From Setoptus koraiensis (lineage: Eukaryota > Animalia > Arthropoda), in the NCBI GenBank assembly GCA_048013815.1, contig CM106586.1, forward strand, positions 15,438,001-15,502,000: DNA of 64,000 nt, read 5' to 3'. The first letter of the stretch is position 1; every line of letters begins with the position of its first letter. A program made the translations under genes and the position numbers. This document shows positions 49,858 to 62,841 of the stretch, piece after piece. Under the pieces are notes generated by a model, which was not told the DNA's origin, did no database searches, and saw only the letters and a program-made list of their open reading frames with translations.

Positions 49858-51003
49858 ATGGACAACATAGATAATACTGTCGATGTTTTGAAGAAACTAT
49901 TCACGCGATATGAGGCCTTCGTACGGCTCAATCCACGTCTGGCCGCCGAATTAGAAGGCATCATCAGGTGGTCCTCCTATTTGGTGGCAACTAGAAAATC
50001 TCCCGTCTTAGGCGAACTATTATCATCTGGTGCTAATCTATTGCAATTATGTAATGACATACTCTTAAGACAGGCCACCAATAAATTAAAACTAGATTTC
50101 CAAGATCATGCCGTCAAATTGAGAACCTGTCTATCTGTTGTGCAAAGTCTAGAGTTGTTGGCCGAAATTTACATGCGTGACACCTATGGTAATCTAGGCA
50201 GATGGATTATAATAACTGTTATACAAATCACAAAAGCAACCATTAAGTTAACTCTGTTGATGGTTTATGATGAAGGCATCACAAAATCTCAATCTATAGT
50301 ACCACTAGATAGATTACATTACTCAGAAATACTCAAATTACAAGATGGCCAAGACCAAGTCGATGATGAACAACAACCACAACCGGGTCCATCCACATCG
50401 GGCAATGCTCAAGCCAAATCGGTAGTCCTCAAGACAAGTGGACGCAAGATGAGAACCATACAAAATTCACCGCCCAAAGGCTCAAGATTTCTACAATCAG
50501 AGAGTTCAAACTCGACAAGTGCCGTGGCGCAACTAAGAAAACAGCGCCTTACCATGTTGCTCAATAGGTATCGTGATGACAAGTCGGCTAAATTATCTGA
50601 TAAACAACTATATGGAGAGTTGTTACACATCACTAGACCAATTGTGCACCTTATACTAATGGGGTCGTTTGGACCGCAGTCTTGGTTGGCTTATGCCACG
50701 TCATTTGCAATGGATGTGTCTAGTTTGCAATTGATACGAACACCGGATCCGCTCTCGTACAAACAACCTAGAAATCCTTATGAATTCAATCTAAATGAAA
50801 GAATTGAGCTTGGTCAGCGAGTGTCCTCATTGTTGTTGTATATGCTCAGATCACCATTCTTTGATAGATACACCAAACAACGTGCATTGGAGGGAATAGC
50901 CTCAACTGCCGATAGTATACCCATATTTGGTAGATTTTTGGCCACTTTCGTAAACTATATACCAGAGTGGCAAAAAGATTATTTCAGGATTTGGAGCGAA
51001 TAA
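49858..51003 (+). CDS. PEX16: Peroxisomal membrane protein PEX16, intronless
   Basis: YEAFVRLNP..AAELE..IRWSSY, ELLSSGANLLQLCNDILL, GELLHITRPIVH and ELGQRVSSLLLYMLRSPFFD. Confidence 0.9.
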   Translation: MDNIDNTVDVLKKLFTRYEAFVRLNPRLAAELEGIIRWSSYLVATRKSPVLGELLSSGANLLQLCNDILLRQATNKLKLDFQDHAVKLRTCLSVVQSLELLAEIYMRDTYGNLGRWIIITVIQITKATIKLTLLMVYDEGITKSQSIVPLDRLHYSEILKLQDGQDQVDDEQQPQPGPSTSGNAQAKSVVLKTSGRKMRTIQNSPPKGSRFLQSESSNSTSAVAQLRKQRLTMLLNRYRDDKSAKLSDKQLYGELLHITRPIVHLILMGSFGPQSWLAYATSFAMDVSSLQLIRTPDPLSYKQPRNPYEFNLNERIELGQRVSSLLLYMLRSPFFDRYTKQRALEGIASTADSIPIFGRFLATFVNYIPEWQKDYFRIWSE

Positions 51004-51201
51004 ACTATACTTTCTATTGGGGGATATTACAATACAAACGCATAATGTATCGAGCTACAACTAATCATTCCTGGCTATAAATGGTAACATCTTTTGTAAT
51101 TTGAGCTATTACTAAATATATTTCACATAACAATATATAGCTTGAATGTATTTTATCTTGATAGAATAAATTCTTCGCTGGTATAAAGCAAGATCTCCTA
51201 A

Positions 51202-52492
51202 CTATAATTTGAGTTCATTTTTATACCATTCAATGGAGAGTTTTTTCGACGTTTCGGCATCGAAAATGGGCTCATAATCGAGTCTTAGGCTGGCTTTGGT
51301 TCTATTGAAAAAGTAGGTGTTGCAAATGAATGTCGTTTTCTCCGGCGTAACATACTCATCCCAACAAGATATGTCTTCAGCTTTCTTGTTCCTCTTGTCA
51401 AAAAGTTTGAATACGTCGGTCATGACAAAGAAGTCCTTGAAAAAGAAATACACTACCAGAAACATCCACACCAATAGATAAGGATAGGCAGGTTCTGTCA
51501 GAGTGAAATTCTTGCATTTGAGATACGGTGCCAAAAATTCATAAGGATCGCATATTGGAGTGTCATCCGTGACATAAAATTCTGTTTATTTGTTATTTGA
51601 AGGATCAGGGTTTTAATTGTTTAATAATGAGCTGCAAAGTGTATTAGTCGACGAACAGTGAATTGTATTACCAGCACTTACCTTCTCCCGATATTGATGG
51701 ATCACGTAGCGTCTTTTGTCGGGCTTTCAAACAAGCCCAAGCTGCATTGCCAGCATAAATAGGTTGCTGTCTTATCCAGACATGGTCTAGTTTTCTCAAT
51801 TTACCCCCAAATATCTTTGCGATCTTTAAGATATGGCTAACAAAATGTCTATCATGTTCACCATATATTGGCGGCAATCTGATAATGATTGCATTCAAAC
51901 TGTCGTGCTTAGATTGATCACGTTGAGATAGATTGGATAATTTGGAGTTGCTGTAACGTCGAACTGTCTGTTCTGCTTCATACTTACTTCTTGAACTAAT
52001 TCCGAATAAAAATTTGTTGACCTTGGGTGTTGTATGCTCAGTAGCGTAATAGATGGCTTCGTTGGACATACAGGCCTCAATTGACGAGACATGTATGAAA
52101 CTGGGGACGGCATATTTCACTGCCGCCTTCAATAGATTTTCTGTTCCCTGAATATTGGTTGATTCAAGCAATTGCTCTTCTTGGTTTCTATTGAAATCTA
52201 TTACTGCTGCACAATGAATAATACTAGTGGCCCCTTGGACTATCTTTTCAACGACGTTTATATCCCTTACATCGCCAATTGTCCACGATATTTTAATTTT
52301 TTTGTTAATTTTTGCTGCTTGATCTTGCGATTCTTCCAGTTTCTTTATTGAAGACAGTTTGCTGGAATCTACTAGATCTAGGCATCGTATCTCTTTGATT
52401 TCTTCATCTTTGGTCAGCATCAGCTTGAGGATATGTTGCCCTAAGCAACCACAGGCTCCTGTTAAAACAACACATTGATCTGACGATGGCAT
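51202..52492 (-). CDS. 3-beta-hydroxysteroid dehydrogenase-like extended SDR; intron 51681-51582
   Basis: TGACGCLG, GDVRD, IHCAA, NIQGTENLL, LPPIYGEHD and QPIYAGNAAWA. Splicing gives GE|EFYVTDDTP; C-terminal hydrophobic segment. Confidence 0.88.
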
Positions 52493-54312
52493 AATTTGAT
52501 GGATGACTAAAAACCCGAGGAAAGTTTTCTACTATCAGACAAGCTATTGATCTTATTGGTTTGGACGCTGTGGCAACACACGACTACATGAGAGTGGTAA
52601 TCATAATTCAAATGATGATAATGACAATGACTTTATGTGTCCACTAAAATACGACTCGAGAAAGAGAAAGTTATTTAGCCTTGAATAAACATATACATGT
52701 GTAAGGCTTTCGATTTTCTCGTAAAACAAATGTGTCCATTTAAACGTATTGATCAAGCGTAAATACAGCAATAGCGCTGCTAGAATTACAGGAATATTGA
52801 TTGAAAAAGTTGATTTTAGCACCAGTCGTTTTTGGCAACTTTAGAGAAGTGGCAAAAATACAATTCAAACAAACAAAGTTGGCAAGCTTGTTCCACCGTC
52901 CACATAACTATGTGAGATTGTGTGTGTGTGTTTGTGTGGGAGTCTCTGGACAGTTTTGCAATTCTTTACCCAACCATTTTTTATTGAATAACTACAAATG
53001 TTAAGGTGAGTAATTTTACACTTTAGCAAGCTTAGTCAGCCGGACTTGATTCGTTGGTTGGACAATACCAATTGTTCGCGCAACGGTAAGCATAAGCGCC
53101 AACAACAACAGATAACAATGGAGTTTATTCATGGATCTAATCAATGATTTCCTTTAGTTGACCCCGCTACCACACTCGACCGGATAAGAGAGAAAGGGAC
53201 ATTTCAAAGTCATTGAACGATGTAGATAACAAGCCCTTTTATCGTGCAACATTGTTAAGAGAATGTTTTCCTTTTCTATCGCCAACTACAACAATTATAC
53301 AACCAACGACAATAATGATAACAAAGTAATTTACATCTTATTAAACGAGCGACATGTACGGTTTATAAGTTGAAAGTTGATCTTGGCGTGTTTTCAAACT
53401 CCACTGTGAACAAGGAGCACAAATTAAGCGTGATTAAGTTTTGTTTCGGATTGTATTTTGTTTATCCACAACTGATGACAAAGCAACTGATGACAAAATT
53501 ACTTTCAAGAGTCACCAAAATCAGTATAGATGGCTAGCAGTTTCTTAGATTATAACGGCTACGTTGGGGCACAATTTTTGTACGATATGCCCAGATTGAG
53601 GGTTCCTGTTTATACGTTTATCCATAAACAAAGTGCATCTGGAGTGTTTACTCTATTGTTGAGATCGCAGGATTGCTCTGTTACAACAGATTGATTATAG
53701 AAACTGTTGGAAACTAGCATACGAACATGACTGGGCAACAAGGCAGAACACCAGATGGAACAGAATCAATTGCACGCAAAATCATCCTCACATGCTAGTT
53801 AGCTAAAGATGAGGATATTTCCAGGAGTTAGCGGGAATCAAGGAAACTAAGACATCTTTTCATGTTGTTTAAACGATACGAACGTTGGAAGATATCTTCG
53901 ATTAAAGATACAAAACACAAAAGTTACGCGTTCTTCACGTCTTTCTTGGATTCTAGTTGACAAGAAACCTTTGAAGGTAGATTTTATTTCGTAAACTCAT
54001 CCTTTTTCGTTTACTCTCATTAACAAAGAAGCGACAACATTATTAATAAAATGTATCAACAGTGCATCATGATATTGATGACAATAACAGTGTATTACGG
54101 TGTATCGATGGTGTATATTTGGTATTTACATTGAGCGATGCGAAACTCTACTTAGGATGTGGTCTTGAGTCATCGTGGCATCAATTCATTACTAACCTTG
54201 TTGAAAATCACTGTAAAACAACAGTGTAAAACTTACATTCATTGACCAATAGTTAGACTCGTAGTTGGCACGCATTAAGACTATTTCACTTAATTAGGGT
54301 TGCCTATTGCTA

Positions 54313-56186
54313 TCATGATGCTTGTTTTTCTGTAGGCATTGCCTTTGGAAACACTGCTCTATAGTGAGGTGGTTGTTCTTTGTTAACTTCCATATTGCGT
54401 CCATGTATTACAACATTGCTACTAGAATTGCGCAAATTGAAAACTTTCGGTATCAGATCAATGCTCAAATTGATTAGAGCGGCGGAAAATCCCACGGCAG
54501 CGCCGGTGTTCCACAATGTATAGAAACCAAGTTTAGTAGATATCAGACCAGCCAAGAAGGCGCCCACTCCTATACCTAGACCCTCCATACAGGCGCCCAT
54601 TAATCCTGTCATTGTAGCTCTCAAGCAACCTCTAATGTGTTCCTCGTTGGCATCAGTAACCCAGCCTCGACGTTTAAGTTTAGGTATGAATTCATCCACC
54701 ATTAGAGAGTATTTAGTTCCGGCTTCATTCAGAACACAATAAAACAATCCGAACGAAGGACCTTGTAGTGCCTCTGTGAGTATGACAAAATAAATACTCA
54801 CATAAGGAAGGAAATTTGCGTAGGCGAAACATCTCAAACCAATAGAGAACAATGTTAAGGTCATATTAGCATTCAGACCGAATATTTCCATCATTTTTGG
54901 CGCTAGCAAATATATTATCACCTCTCCGCATATACTCTGGGCCAACATGCATAATGTGGAAACAAATTCAAATTCTTTCTCATCCTTGGTGATCGTCTCT
55001 TTGATGTAGTCGTTTTCGAAATTCCATATACAAGATTGAACTAATCCGTAGGCCGTAAACAAAATCAAGAATCTTATCAGTGATTTGTGTTTACCCATGA
55101 TCAATTTCAGCAAGATCATCTGAATCTTCAGGTTGCTCGGCTGCTTTATGTCGCCCAAGCCATCCGAGTTTATATTGAGATCGGCCTCTGGAACAGCTGG
55201 ATCCTTGATATTTGTCATTTCCACCTGTGATTTAGAAGGTAAATAACACATGATATTCAAGTTGTGATATTGATTGATTGATTGGAGGAGCTGTTAATTA
55301 TGTTGAGTATAAGAATGAGTGACTCACTTTAACAATCCAATTTGGTAATGTGTCACGATTAGTGTTGGTAATTTTTTTCGCGGGTGGCGAGAGAGTGGGA
55401 TTGTCCCCATTCGAAGTTTCGGTTACCTCCTTTGGCTTGGCAATGGGATCACCTGTCAACATGACAAAATCGTCTTTCTTTCTCCAGAATGTTATTATGA
55501 GCATGTCCAAAATGCACACCACTATCAATATAAGTAAACCAGGCACTCTAAAAGGCAAGTGTTTAGTTTCACCAATAAGCATCAGCACCAGGGCACCCGA
55601 ACCCCAGCCGATGGTGCTCCACATTCGCAACAAACTATATGAGGTGTTATTCTTTCTTGCGTAGTTACATGCTAACGAATCAGTTAACGAAAACAATACT
55701 CCGGTCGACACATAGCCAATTGGTATGAGAATACATATGAAGAACCAGGCTATTGAGTCGGTGGTGCGTTGCTCCAAATCTAAAAAGAATGGTAATACAG
55801 CTAGACCGCCAAAGCCCATCATAAATGTGAACATAGTACCAACTAAGAATGTCTTATGGTTGTTGTAGGAATCGGCCAGTGAACAAACGGCGGGCTTTGC
55901 GATCAGAGTGAGGAAAGGCAATATCATGGCGAGATTGCCGAATTGCAAATTTGTCACATTGGAGTAATATTTGGCGTAAACACAGGTGTATCTAAATATA
56001 TATCATATTACATGATAGGCACAGTAGACGATAGTGTTTGTATACATGAGCGTGGAGTATGCAAATTAATAAACAATTAATTAACGGTATAATTAGTGGT
56101 GTGTTGATTATTTGTTTGCGTGGTACCTACGTGAAAATCGTGCTCAGCGATAAGCCAAATATGAAGAAATGGATCTTGAAAATCAT
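54313..56186 (-). CDS. MFSD6: MFSD6-like 12-TM major facilitator; exons ~56186-56130, 55991-55328, 55224-54313
   Basis: KIHFFIF, PFLTLIAKPAVCSLAD, RMWSTIGWG, GEVIIY, EALQGPSFGL and EGLGIGVGAFLAG. The 103-bp GTGAGT..ACAG intron joins in frame. The 5' end is uncertain. Confidence 0.8.
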
Positions 56187-57170
56187 TTTAAAATAGTAAT
56201 AAAAACAGTGTCGGTTTTGAGGGTGATAACACTATTCAATTCTGTGTGTCGAATGTTAGCTCATTTGGTTAATAATTTGTTAGGTATCATTGAGATCAAT
56301 TCATTAATCAGTGTACCGGCGCTGATGTTTGGTATTATATCTGTCTATGAGTGTGTGCCTGCTCTTTTTTCTCAACTATCTATCACAACACAGATAATTG
56401 TTGAAACGGATGAAACTAGATTGAGGAAAAAACAGAAAATCTGTTCAGGAGAGAGTGTTTCAGACTCGCAGACAAACAAACGAAAAACAGACTAGATATT
56501 CTTAGATAATTAACGACGATTTAGTTGGCTGGGCGCCAATGATGTAGATAACTTCTGAATAGTGCCTCCTATAGTTTCAAAGTCATGGTTATGAAATATA
56601 CCGTTGACGTTGTTGCGATTTGTAGTTATGGTCGTATGACATTGCTCAAATTAGGGTAGACGTATGTTTTAAGCTTTGCGGTGGTCATTGGACTTGCTAT
56701 ATAATGTGCAACTTGAAGGTTATAAAATTTGTTCAGTTAGCTCGATGATGCGCCAGGCAATTAACAAGGTGTAACAAGAACATTTATTTATTTACTATTA
56801 TATGTTAGCGATTTCTATTTCTATTACTAATACTATTACTATTATTATTACCATTAGCATAGTTGTTGTTGTATTTATTTTTTTTTTGTGCGCCTATGAC
56901 TGACTCTTCTATCACAAAACCTCCTGAAGTGAAACAATCTTCACTGCGATTGCTCAGTTCAAGTTCAGATAGTGGCAGATGACATTGATTGCGTGACACC
57001 CAAACCCTTACTCTAATCTTACAATGCTATCGACTATTTAATTTTTTTTTATTATTTGACACCGCTCTGTCACCGCCTATTTGTCGCAATCACATCAGTG
57101 GGTATAAACAAAGACAAAACAAAGAATGATCGATGTGAAAATTCATTGTGTAATCTGATGATACTACATA

Positions 57171-57294
57171 ATCTAAAAATTGTACCACTGTCTGAATGTT
57201 TGTTTATGTTGGTGAACTGATTAATCATGATATATACTAACTCGATTCTATAGCTTGTCGACTATGGAATTTGATTGTGATTGATGTTGCGAAA
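57171..57294. repeat. Direct repeat copy A flanking ACTL6 (partner 59996-60127)
   Basis: ATCTAAAAATTG.ACCA.TGTCT...TTTATGTTGGTGA...AACTCGATTCTATAGC...GTGATTGATGTTGCGAAA shared in order. Confidence 0.9.
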
Positions 57295-58101
57295 TATCAT
57301 AGCCTTCAGTGGATAAGTGGTTAGTTGTTTACCAATCTCAATCCGGTATTGAACAACAATATCCTCTTCAAGGTTACTTACTACACAAAGTGCCTCGTTG
57401 TTCGGAGTGATTAGTCAAATGAAGATACAGCTACTTGGCTTGATTTGGTCTTTATACAATAGTATCAACAATGTTAAAAAATACATAATTGAGTAGGAAA
57501 AATCAATTTCCCGTCTATCTCGTTGGTCGTCGAGGCTTCATTCAAGCGCGTGCCTTCAACAATCATGTGTTATTTACTGATATATCGTGTAGTAAAACTA
57601 TAGGTGATTCATGATTCATGATAAATAATCTTATCTTGTAAGTCGCAACAACAGCCGAGACAGGAGAAGAATCTCGCATTACAGTAAGTACTACATAATC
57701 ACATATGCTTGCCTAATCATTTGGTCGACAATGTATACACTTGCCTGATAGTTATCTCAATGTATTAAGTAATGACGGCCAAGTGAATTACTTCATATCA
57801 CTTTTCCACACATGTCTATTTCTCAAACTAATCAGATAGAGTATAAATAAAATAGAAAAAATTCAAGCGCAAGTTTATTGATCCATTTTGTACGGTTTGG
57901 ATGCTAGGGAAAACTCGACTCGAATGTTCGTGCGAAAAATCAATTACAATGTTTCATAAATAACTTTTCTTGTCAAGTTAGCTGTTTTGTTGAGTAGCTA
58001 TTACATGTGTGGTTGTTGATCTTGATCGACAACACACACTTGATTCTATTTGAGATGAATATCTTTACAATATTGTCCATGTGTATATGATATGGGTTGA
58101 A

Positions 58102-59376
58102 TTAAGGACACTTTCTATCAACTTGGGCTTTACCACCTTCCTCGTATTCCTGTTTAGAGATCCACATTTGCTGAAACGTTCCGAGAGATGCCAAGATAGA
58201 CCCTCCAATCCAAGCACTAAATCTCCGTTCGGGCGCCTGATTTGAGGACAAAACCTTTAGCCTCATGCTGGGCGGTGTTTTAACTCCAAGATCCTGGTTC
58301 AAACGTTCAGTAAAACCCGGTATTAAAGTGTTGCCTCCAGTAACAATAACAGACCCATACAAAGATGGTCTCAAGTCTATGTCACACATGGCAACGCTAG
58401 TGGTAACAAGCTGGGCCACTCCCATCATATTATTCGTCGGAACATCTATGCCTGGAATAGATGGGTTGAACAACTTTTCAGGAATTAAAAATTTTTCAGA
58501 TCCAGCATCAAAGTTGTAACCATTTGGAAACTCATAATGAATGGTGGGCATATTTTCTGCTGTCTCTTTGTCGTAAGGTAAATCGCCTACTTGTAATACA
58601 TTGGAACTTTGATAGTCTTGTAAAACTTTCTTTACCATATAGTTACTCCATGAATTAGTAACGGGCGGTATATTTGTTTTTCTTGTATATTTTGCAGGTT
58701 CATTAGCTTTGGAATGTTCCTTCGAAGCCACCAAGTAGGACGGCACTATCTCTATGCCCTGAGTTTCAAAGTATTTTTTACATTGTTCCGTAATAAAGTC
58801 ACCTCCATACGGCTGTTTAACGATAGCTTGCTGCAAAACATAACCATCGTGAACTGGTACTGCTGCAGTGTGACTGGAACCTGAATCCAAAATCAAGCCA
58901 GTTGATCTACCATTTGCAAATGCGGCAAGCATGGCGTTCTTGACCAGAAAGAATGCTGGTACCTTGTATCTTTCAAACATAAGTTCGAGAGTTTTCTCTC
59001 TTTTGGCCCTCACATTCCATGAGGCCTCTGACATTAACACGGGCTGCAATTGTGAATCTGACCTAATATGACTCTTATAAATATGATCGAGCAATTGTTC
59101 AAAGAGATCCCAGTCGTCAATCATTCCATCTTGCAAAAATGATGCAACTTCCATATCTTTTCTCGGTACACAAATAGAGGTTGTACCTAAGAAGTATTTT
59201 TTGTTTTTGTTGTTGTCGCCATCCACTTCCATGGCATTACTGCTATCATAGCCAACTACAGACGGAATTTCTGTCATAGGGGTGTCCTCGCCGGCGTAAC
59301 CCAGTCTTGTACTATTGTGACCAATGTCCAGTACAATCGCCCCAACTTCATCTCCTCCGTATACTCCGCCGCTCAT
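58102..59376 (-). CDS. ACTL6A: Actin-like protein 6 (BAF53/Arp4/Bap55), intronless
   Basis: [53 protein letters not shown] and terminal RKCP. Confidence 0.98.
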   Translation of the reverse strand: MSGGVYGGDEVGAIVLDIGHNSTRLGYAGEDTPMTEIPSVVGYDSSNAMEVDGDNNKNKKYFLGTTSICVPRKDMEVASFLQDGMIDDWDLFEQLLDHIYKSHIRSDSQLQPVLMSEASWNVRAKREKTLELMFERYKVPAFFLVKNAMLAAFANGRSTGLILDSGSSHTAAVPVHDGYVLQQAIVKQPYGGDFITEQCKKYFETQGIEIVPSYLVASKEHSKANEPAKYTRKTNIPPVTNSWSNYMVKKVLQDYQSSNVLQVGDLPYDKETAENMPTIHYEFPNGYNFDAGSEKFLIPEKLFNPSIPGIDVPTNNMMGVAQLVTTSVAMCDIDLRPSLYGSVIVTGGNTLIPGFTERLNQDLGVKTPPSMRLKVLSSNQAPERRFSAWIGGSILASLGTFQQMWISKQEYEEGGKAQVDRKCP

Positions 59377-59995
59377 GTCTCTAGGTTTTATTTTATCACT
59401 CTGTCGGATGTTACGAATATAAATTGAATAAATAAGTATTATTTGTTGGCAATTTACAAATTTATGAAATATTCCGAGAAAATGTTGATCGATTTGAAGA
59501 ATAACAACGGATGGCGGTTAAATGCTGTCGTTCGGACAATCACATGTTTTGATGAATTGTACTGTGGGTGCATTCATGAATTTTGAACAAAGATGCATTA
59601 TTCATGAATAGCCGAGAACCGTGTCAGCTTTTCAAAGAACATGCGCGATGCACTGTTGAAAAAGCGACAAAACAACGCACGCTTTGTGCAATTTTTTCTT
59701 TGCAAAACCAATGTCTTTGGCTGCAGTTCAGGGAGAAACCGCTCGAGGTCGCTTTTTGTACACGTATTTTTCGTGCGTGAGATGGAATGAGCAAACGAAA
59801 AAACAAATCAACAAGAAAAAAAGAAGAAAAAACGTAACATTTAACGGGACATCTCAGGCTTTTCAATGCATTTTTGGTCGATGCGAGCGCTCCTCGCGTC
59901 TTTTTCTTGAACTAGGCCCGAAGACATTCGCAGATTTCCACACGGTACTGCGAGGTGTCACTTGTAATGTGCCCAAGTGCTCTAAATGCGAAATG

Positions 59996-60127
59996 ATCTA
60001 AAAATTGCACCATTGTCTTAATGCTTCTTTATGTTGGTGAGCTAATAACTCATGTATACAAACTCGATTCTATAGCTAGACCACGGCTTGTCGTTTAGGA
60101 GATTTGATAGTGATTGATGTTGCGAAA
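59996..60127. repeat. Direct repeat copy B flanking ACTL6
   Basis: Partner of 57171-57294, with an extra ~11-nt insertion. Confidence 0.9.
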
Positions 60128-60588
60128 GTGGACGAGATGCACCCGATGCGGTTATACAGAACACTGTCCGAAAAAAATGGTCTTGTCCATCGGAACCTGA
60201 GTACCTGAGCTATCACAGGTAGCTTTGCTGATCATTCGTACTTGTCATAGCTGACAAGATCATGGTGAGATCGCGCGCAACAATCGACAAATTCGTAATT
60301 CACAAACTGAAAACTTCACATGACTATGCCCTTAATCATCAAATCAACATTCATGTACCATGCATCATTTTGATACAATTCTGACGCTTGTAACAAGCGT
60401 ATCGAGGATTGTGGATGGCCTTGATGTTACCGTGATACTATCACGGTGATAGTGACTTGATTGACACAACTAGGTGCACTAGTTTAATATAGATTAGTGT
60501 CTCATAATTTGACGGAAATGCTTTTTCGTAATATGAGTTATTCTGCGCGAACAACATTTATTATTGCATATCAACAATTTGAAACAAC

Positions 60589-61371
60589 TCACTTTTGAGC
60601 TATTTCACTCTTCAACTTGAGTTGATATTTAACATACGGATTGTATATATCAAATCCAAACGATATAATATTGTCCCACAATATTCTGTATTTCAATGGT
60701 AAGACTGCGAATGAAAAATACTGAGCTGGTGGCCAGACAATACATTCGACAACAAATATATTTTGCATTCCCTTCTCAATGAGTTCTTCACGAAATTTCT
60801 TGAAACTGGACATCTCCAAAATAGAAAGCGTTCCAAAATAAATAACTAGATTAACAGGACTCATAATGACCTGATCGAGAAAAACTTTTTTCAGAACTAT
60901 ACGTAGAGATCTGTTTGTTCCCAACCATCGATCTAACCATATGTACCAAAAGTGGGAACTCAATCCGGTCGTCAGGCCCGCTGAAGCTTGCTGAAAGCCT
61001 CTCGTGCTAGAATAAGATTCTAGTAGGTCGTCATCACACACCTTACATTTTTGATTCTTTTGACTTGTTTTAGTCACGCCCTTCAAATTGTTATCTATTG
61101 ATCTTCTGACGCCGTTGGTCAGTGTTACAGATTCTGCGATAACAGTGATGGAATTTTCATTGGTCGATTGAGGACCACATTGCAAGTGGCCATATTTTAT
61201 ATTGTATGTCTGATTGACCGCGTCTCCAGCAATGCCCATGCCAGCTGATATCAGCGAATTGGCCAACAGTAGATGTCTGTTGAATAGAGTTTTTGTAGCA
61301 TTGCTGAGGCAGTTGGATAGATTCTTGCCGAAAACGCCGATGAATGCCAGTTTACTAGCAGAGAAACACAC
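60589..61371 (-). CDS. MPV17L2: Mpv17/PMP22 family protein (MPV17L2-like); the start codon is probably in a short upstream exon (possibly 61560-61547)
   Basis: HLLLANSLIS..M..AGD...Q, HFWYIWLDR, KKVFLDQVIMSP, WPPAQYFSFAVLP and YRILWDN. No in-frame ATG; a pyrimidine-rich acceptor CTCTGCTAG lies near 61356. Confidence 0.85.
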   Translation of the reverse strand: MCFSASKLAFIGVFGKNLSNCLSNATKTLFNRHLLLANSLISAGMGIAGDAVNQTYNIKYGHLQCGPQSTNENSITVIAESVTLTNGVRRSIDNNLKGVTKTSQKNQKCKVCDDDLLESYSSTRGFQQASAGLTTGLSSHFWYIWLDRWLGTNRSLRIVLKKVFLDQVIMSPVNLVIYFGTLSILEMSSFKKFREELIEKGMQNIFVVECIVWPPAQYFSFAVLPLKYRILWDNIISFGFDIYNPYVKYQLKLKSEIAQK

Positions 61372-62841
61372 AAAGGACGAGCAGGGGAGAGATAATATGG
61401 TACGAATTAGGGTTGGCCTTCAATGATGTACTACTGTATGCCTGACCAATCCTTTTTTAATTTTCACTCCAACAAGGGTTGATTGAATGCGTGGAATTTT
61501 TGCCCCTTGTATCTATATTATATTTATATATATATATTGCTAATACCATGTGTTTGCCATTGTTAGACCATAGTAAACATATACGTCGGCTGTAAATACA
61601 CGTTAGATGTGTGGAAGATAAATGAATTATTAAGAAATAAATGGTTAAGTTTTGCAAAACTGCCCATGGTTTGAGTCCAATTATTTCTATGTAAGGATAG
61701 TTTTGCACGAATGCGGACTGCATGACTTGCCTTAGGTGAGTACAAAAAGTGCGCATTAATTACTGCAAAAGACAATCGGTGAGATTACACGTGTCGTGAC
61801 GAAATTTCTACACTGCTGATTGTGATTAGCAGATTAATTCAACGAGACATGTTGCTGCCAGCTTGTGATAGTAAAGAATGTGCCATTTCATGGTTGACTG
61901 AATCTGCAGTTTGTTGGCAGTTTACGCACACACAAACATACAATAATTGCCTGCGTACAGCAGTGATAAGTCCAACGTTCTCACAACTCACAACTGCTAA
62001 TTTAATCTGCACAGCGCGAGCAGGACTCGTTGGCGTAAGGCTTTGATTCTGCAGTGGTACGCACTCTCTAAACACTGCATACTGTACTGACAAAAGATAA
62101 AAGCTGTGCACCATTCTTGGAATTGGTGCCTGGTGCAGAGTGCAGCTAAAGTATGAATTTATGGTGCACAGTAAAAAATCAAAGCGCAACAAACAAGAAT
62201 CATTATCAATAGGCAAAGTTGTTGTCGTGATGATGAGTTTGTCATCACTAAAATTTATTATTGTATCGAATAACATCGTCTCATGCTAACAAATTGTCTT
62301 GCAAATATTACTATCATCTGATCACTATTGGTTAGCGTCTATGATTCTCATCATTGTTAGTTATTATGAATCATCCATTAGAACTATAATAAGAAAGAAA
62401 GTATCATATTTGTGATCAAATGACTGAAATCAATTCTACTTACACCCTATAATAGTCAATAGGATACCGATCAATCACAGAGATAGCACCAAACACATAT
62501 CAACCAACTGGCCAAAAGGTTTTATTCGTATACATCCGTTTATCAACGATTTACTATTATTTATAAATTAAATTGATCCGCTCATTTTCAACGCTTCCAG
62601 CAGTAGATGCACCCGCTTGCATCCGTCAAATGAACTCAATTAATATTATTAGACTTGCTACAAAAATACAATAATATAAATCCTCATAACAATTTGCCCA
62701 TAAAATATATTACTGTAACCGATATTGTATCAAGCTGAAGAGCATCAGCTCAGCTTCAATAGTATTACATTGGTACCTGAGAACAAAACACACACGACAG
62801 AGTGAATAGTCTAGGAACATTCGAGGTTTATTGGTAAAGTC

